From the human T2T-CHM13v2.0 reference genome, Homo sapiens, in NCBI RefSeq assembly GCF_009914755.1, contig NC_060925.1: 64,000 nt of DNA, one strand, 5' to 3'. The translations under genes were made by a program, and so were the position numbers. Under the pieces are notes generated by a model. The model worked only from the letters and a program-made list of their open reading frames with translations. It made no database searches and was not told the origin of the DNA. Positions 62,540-64,000 of the stretch are shown here, in pieces. Each line of letters starts with the position of its first letter. The first letter of the stretch is position 1.

Positions 62540-63560
62540 ATCAATATAATACAAGACAATATACATGAAAAATGTTGCACTGAGATGATATAGAGCATTT
62601 TAGACCTGAGCTCAACAAGCCCCAAGTAGGATAAATATAAGCACAGAGGTATTCATAGATAAATTGCTGAAAGCCAAAGAAAGATAAAAGGATATCTTGA
62701 AAGAAGCAAGAGAAAAATGACGTATTACAGATGGAGAACAAATAATGACTAAATTATAATAACAAACATTGGAGGCCAGAAGACATTGGACTGATATATC
62801 CAAAATGCTGAAAAAAAATGCAGCCAAGAATTCTACACCTAGAGAAAATATCTTTTAAAAATAAAGGTGAGGTCTGGGTGTGGTGGCTCACGCCTATAAT
62901 CCCAGCACTTAGGGATGCCGAGGCGGGAGGATTGCTTTCACCTCAGGAGCTTGAGACCAGCCTGGGCAACATTGTGAAATCCCATCTCTACAAAAAATAG
63001 CCAGGCATTGGTAGCTTGTGCCTGTAGTCGCAGCTACTTGGGAGGCTGAGGCTGGAGAATCACTTGAACTCTGGAAATGGAGGCTGCATTAAGCTGAGAT
63101 GTGACACTGCAGTCCAGCCTGGGTGACAGAGTGAGACCTTATAAAAAAAAAAAAGAAAAGTGAAATAAAGACAAAAACAGAGAAAATTAATCATCAACTG
63201 ACCTACATTATAAGAAATGATAAGGGAAATTCTTCAGATGAAGGGGAATGACACCAGATGGTAAGTTGGGCCTACAGAAAAAAAAAATTTATATATTTTA
63301 AATTTCCTTCTCATAATTCAAAAATATATACATGTTTAAAGCAAAAACTATAACCTCATATTGTTGAATTCATAATATATATGGATGTACTATACATGAC
63401 AACAATAGCACAAGGATGAAGGGATTAAGTAGAAGCATACTATTCCAAGTATACAAGGTTCAAGTATGCTTTTTTGAAGTAATTCAGTATGAGCTTTAAA
63501 TAGATTGTACTAAATTAGAACTATCATAATCCCTACAGCGACCACTAAAAAATGGAATAA
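62540..63560 (+). mobile_element. Old L1M ORF1-region fragment interrupted by AluJ (~62871-63155)
   Basis: GGAGGCCAGAAGACATTGG...CAGCCAAGAATTCTACACC...AAAAATAAAGGTGA resumes as GTGAAATAAAGAC after the Alu. Confidence 0.75.
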
Positions 63561-64000
63561 ATAGCAGGAATTATTCTCCCTTTTTATAGATAAGGAGTTA
63601 TGATGGAACTGCTCATACCAGAGCAAACATGCTGCTAAGAACAATTATAAAATCTGAATAAATATAAAAAATAACTGTTTGACAGCATCAATGATCATCC
63701 AAAGCAGCCAGGGTTAGAGGATTAGTAATGAAGAAGGAAGTATACTGAGGTAAACTGGACCTTCTCCAGCACTTTTTCCCTGGGAGAAATTGCTGGACAT
63801 AAAAACAGTATCCAAGAGCTTTTGGAAGTTTTCAAGACTAGTGAGATGGGGAAGTGGAGAAAAGGTGAAAATGAAACTTGGTGTTCAGGGGCAACAAGGG
63901 AGGACAAGATCTTTGTAACCACCCGAGGCATTCAGTTGAGACACCTAAAGGGCTACCCCATAAAACTAGAAATAGGGCAGCTCTCTGAAGGCCTAAAGTC

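Overview
Human (primate) genomic DNA, AT-rich and dense in repeats. The minus strand carries most of ZNHIT6 (BCD1, box C/D snoRNP assembly factor with a zf-HIT domain). Coding exons 1-9 were placed by hand: all introns are GT-AG and the frame is continuous over 457 codons (ATG at 51129). The last coding exon lies to the left of the window. The CpG-rich promoter is at about 51.0-51.4 kb, followed by ~12.5 kb of upstream DNA made mostly of L1, LTR, Alu and MER elements. Main non-obvious observations: (1) a decayed, intronless HNRNPK KH3 retrocopy at ~60.4-60.7 kb; (2) a candidate 66-nt in-frame cassette exon in intron 8; (3) exons 6-8 form a 228-nt phase-symmetric, stop-free block flanked by inverted Alus, a circRNA candidate; (4) a ~380-bp tandem duplication abutting the promoter; (5) eleven psi-K-x-E SUMO motifs with ~10-residue periodicity in exon 1; (6) a full-length MER11 solo LTR with a 6-bp TSD; (7) an L1 with a twin-priming-like inversion and a large internal gap. 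Repeat family names and boundaries come from recognition by eye and are approximate. No convincingly new biological system was found beyond these candidates.
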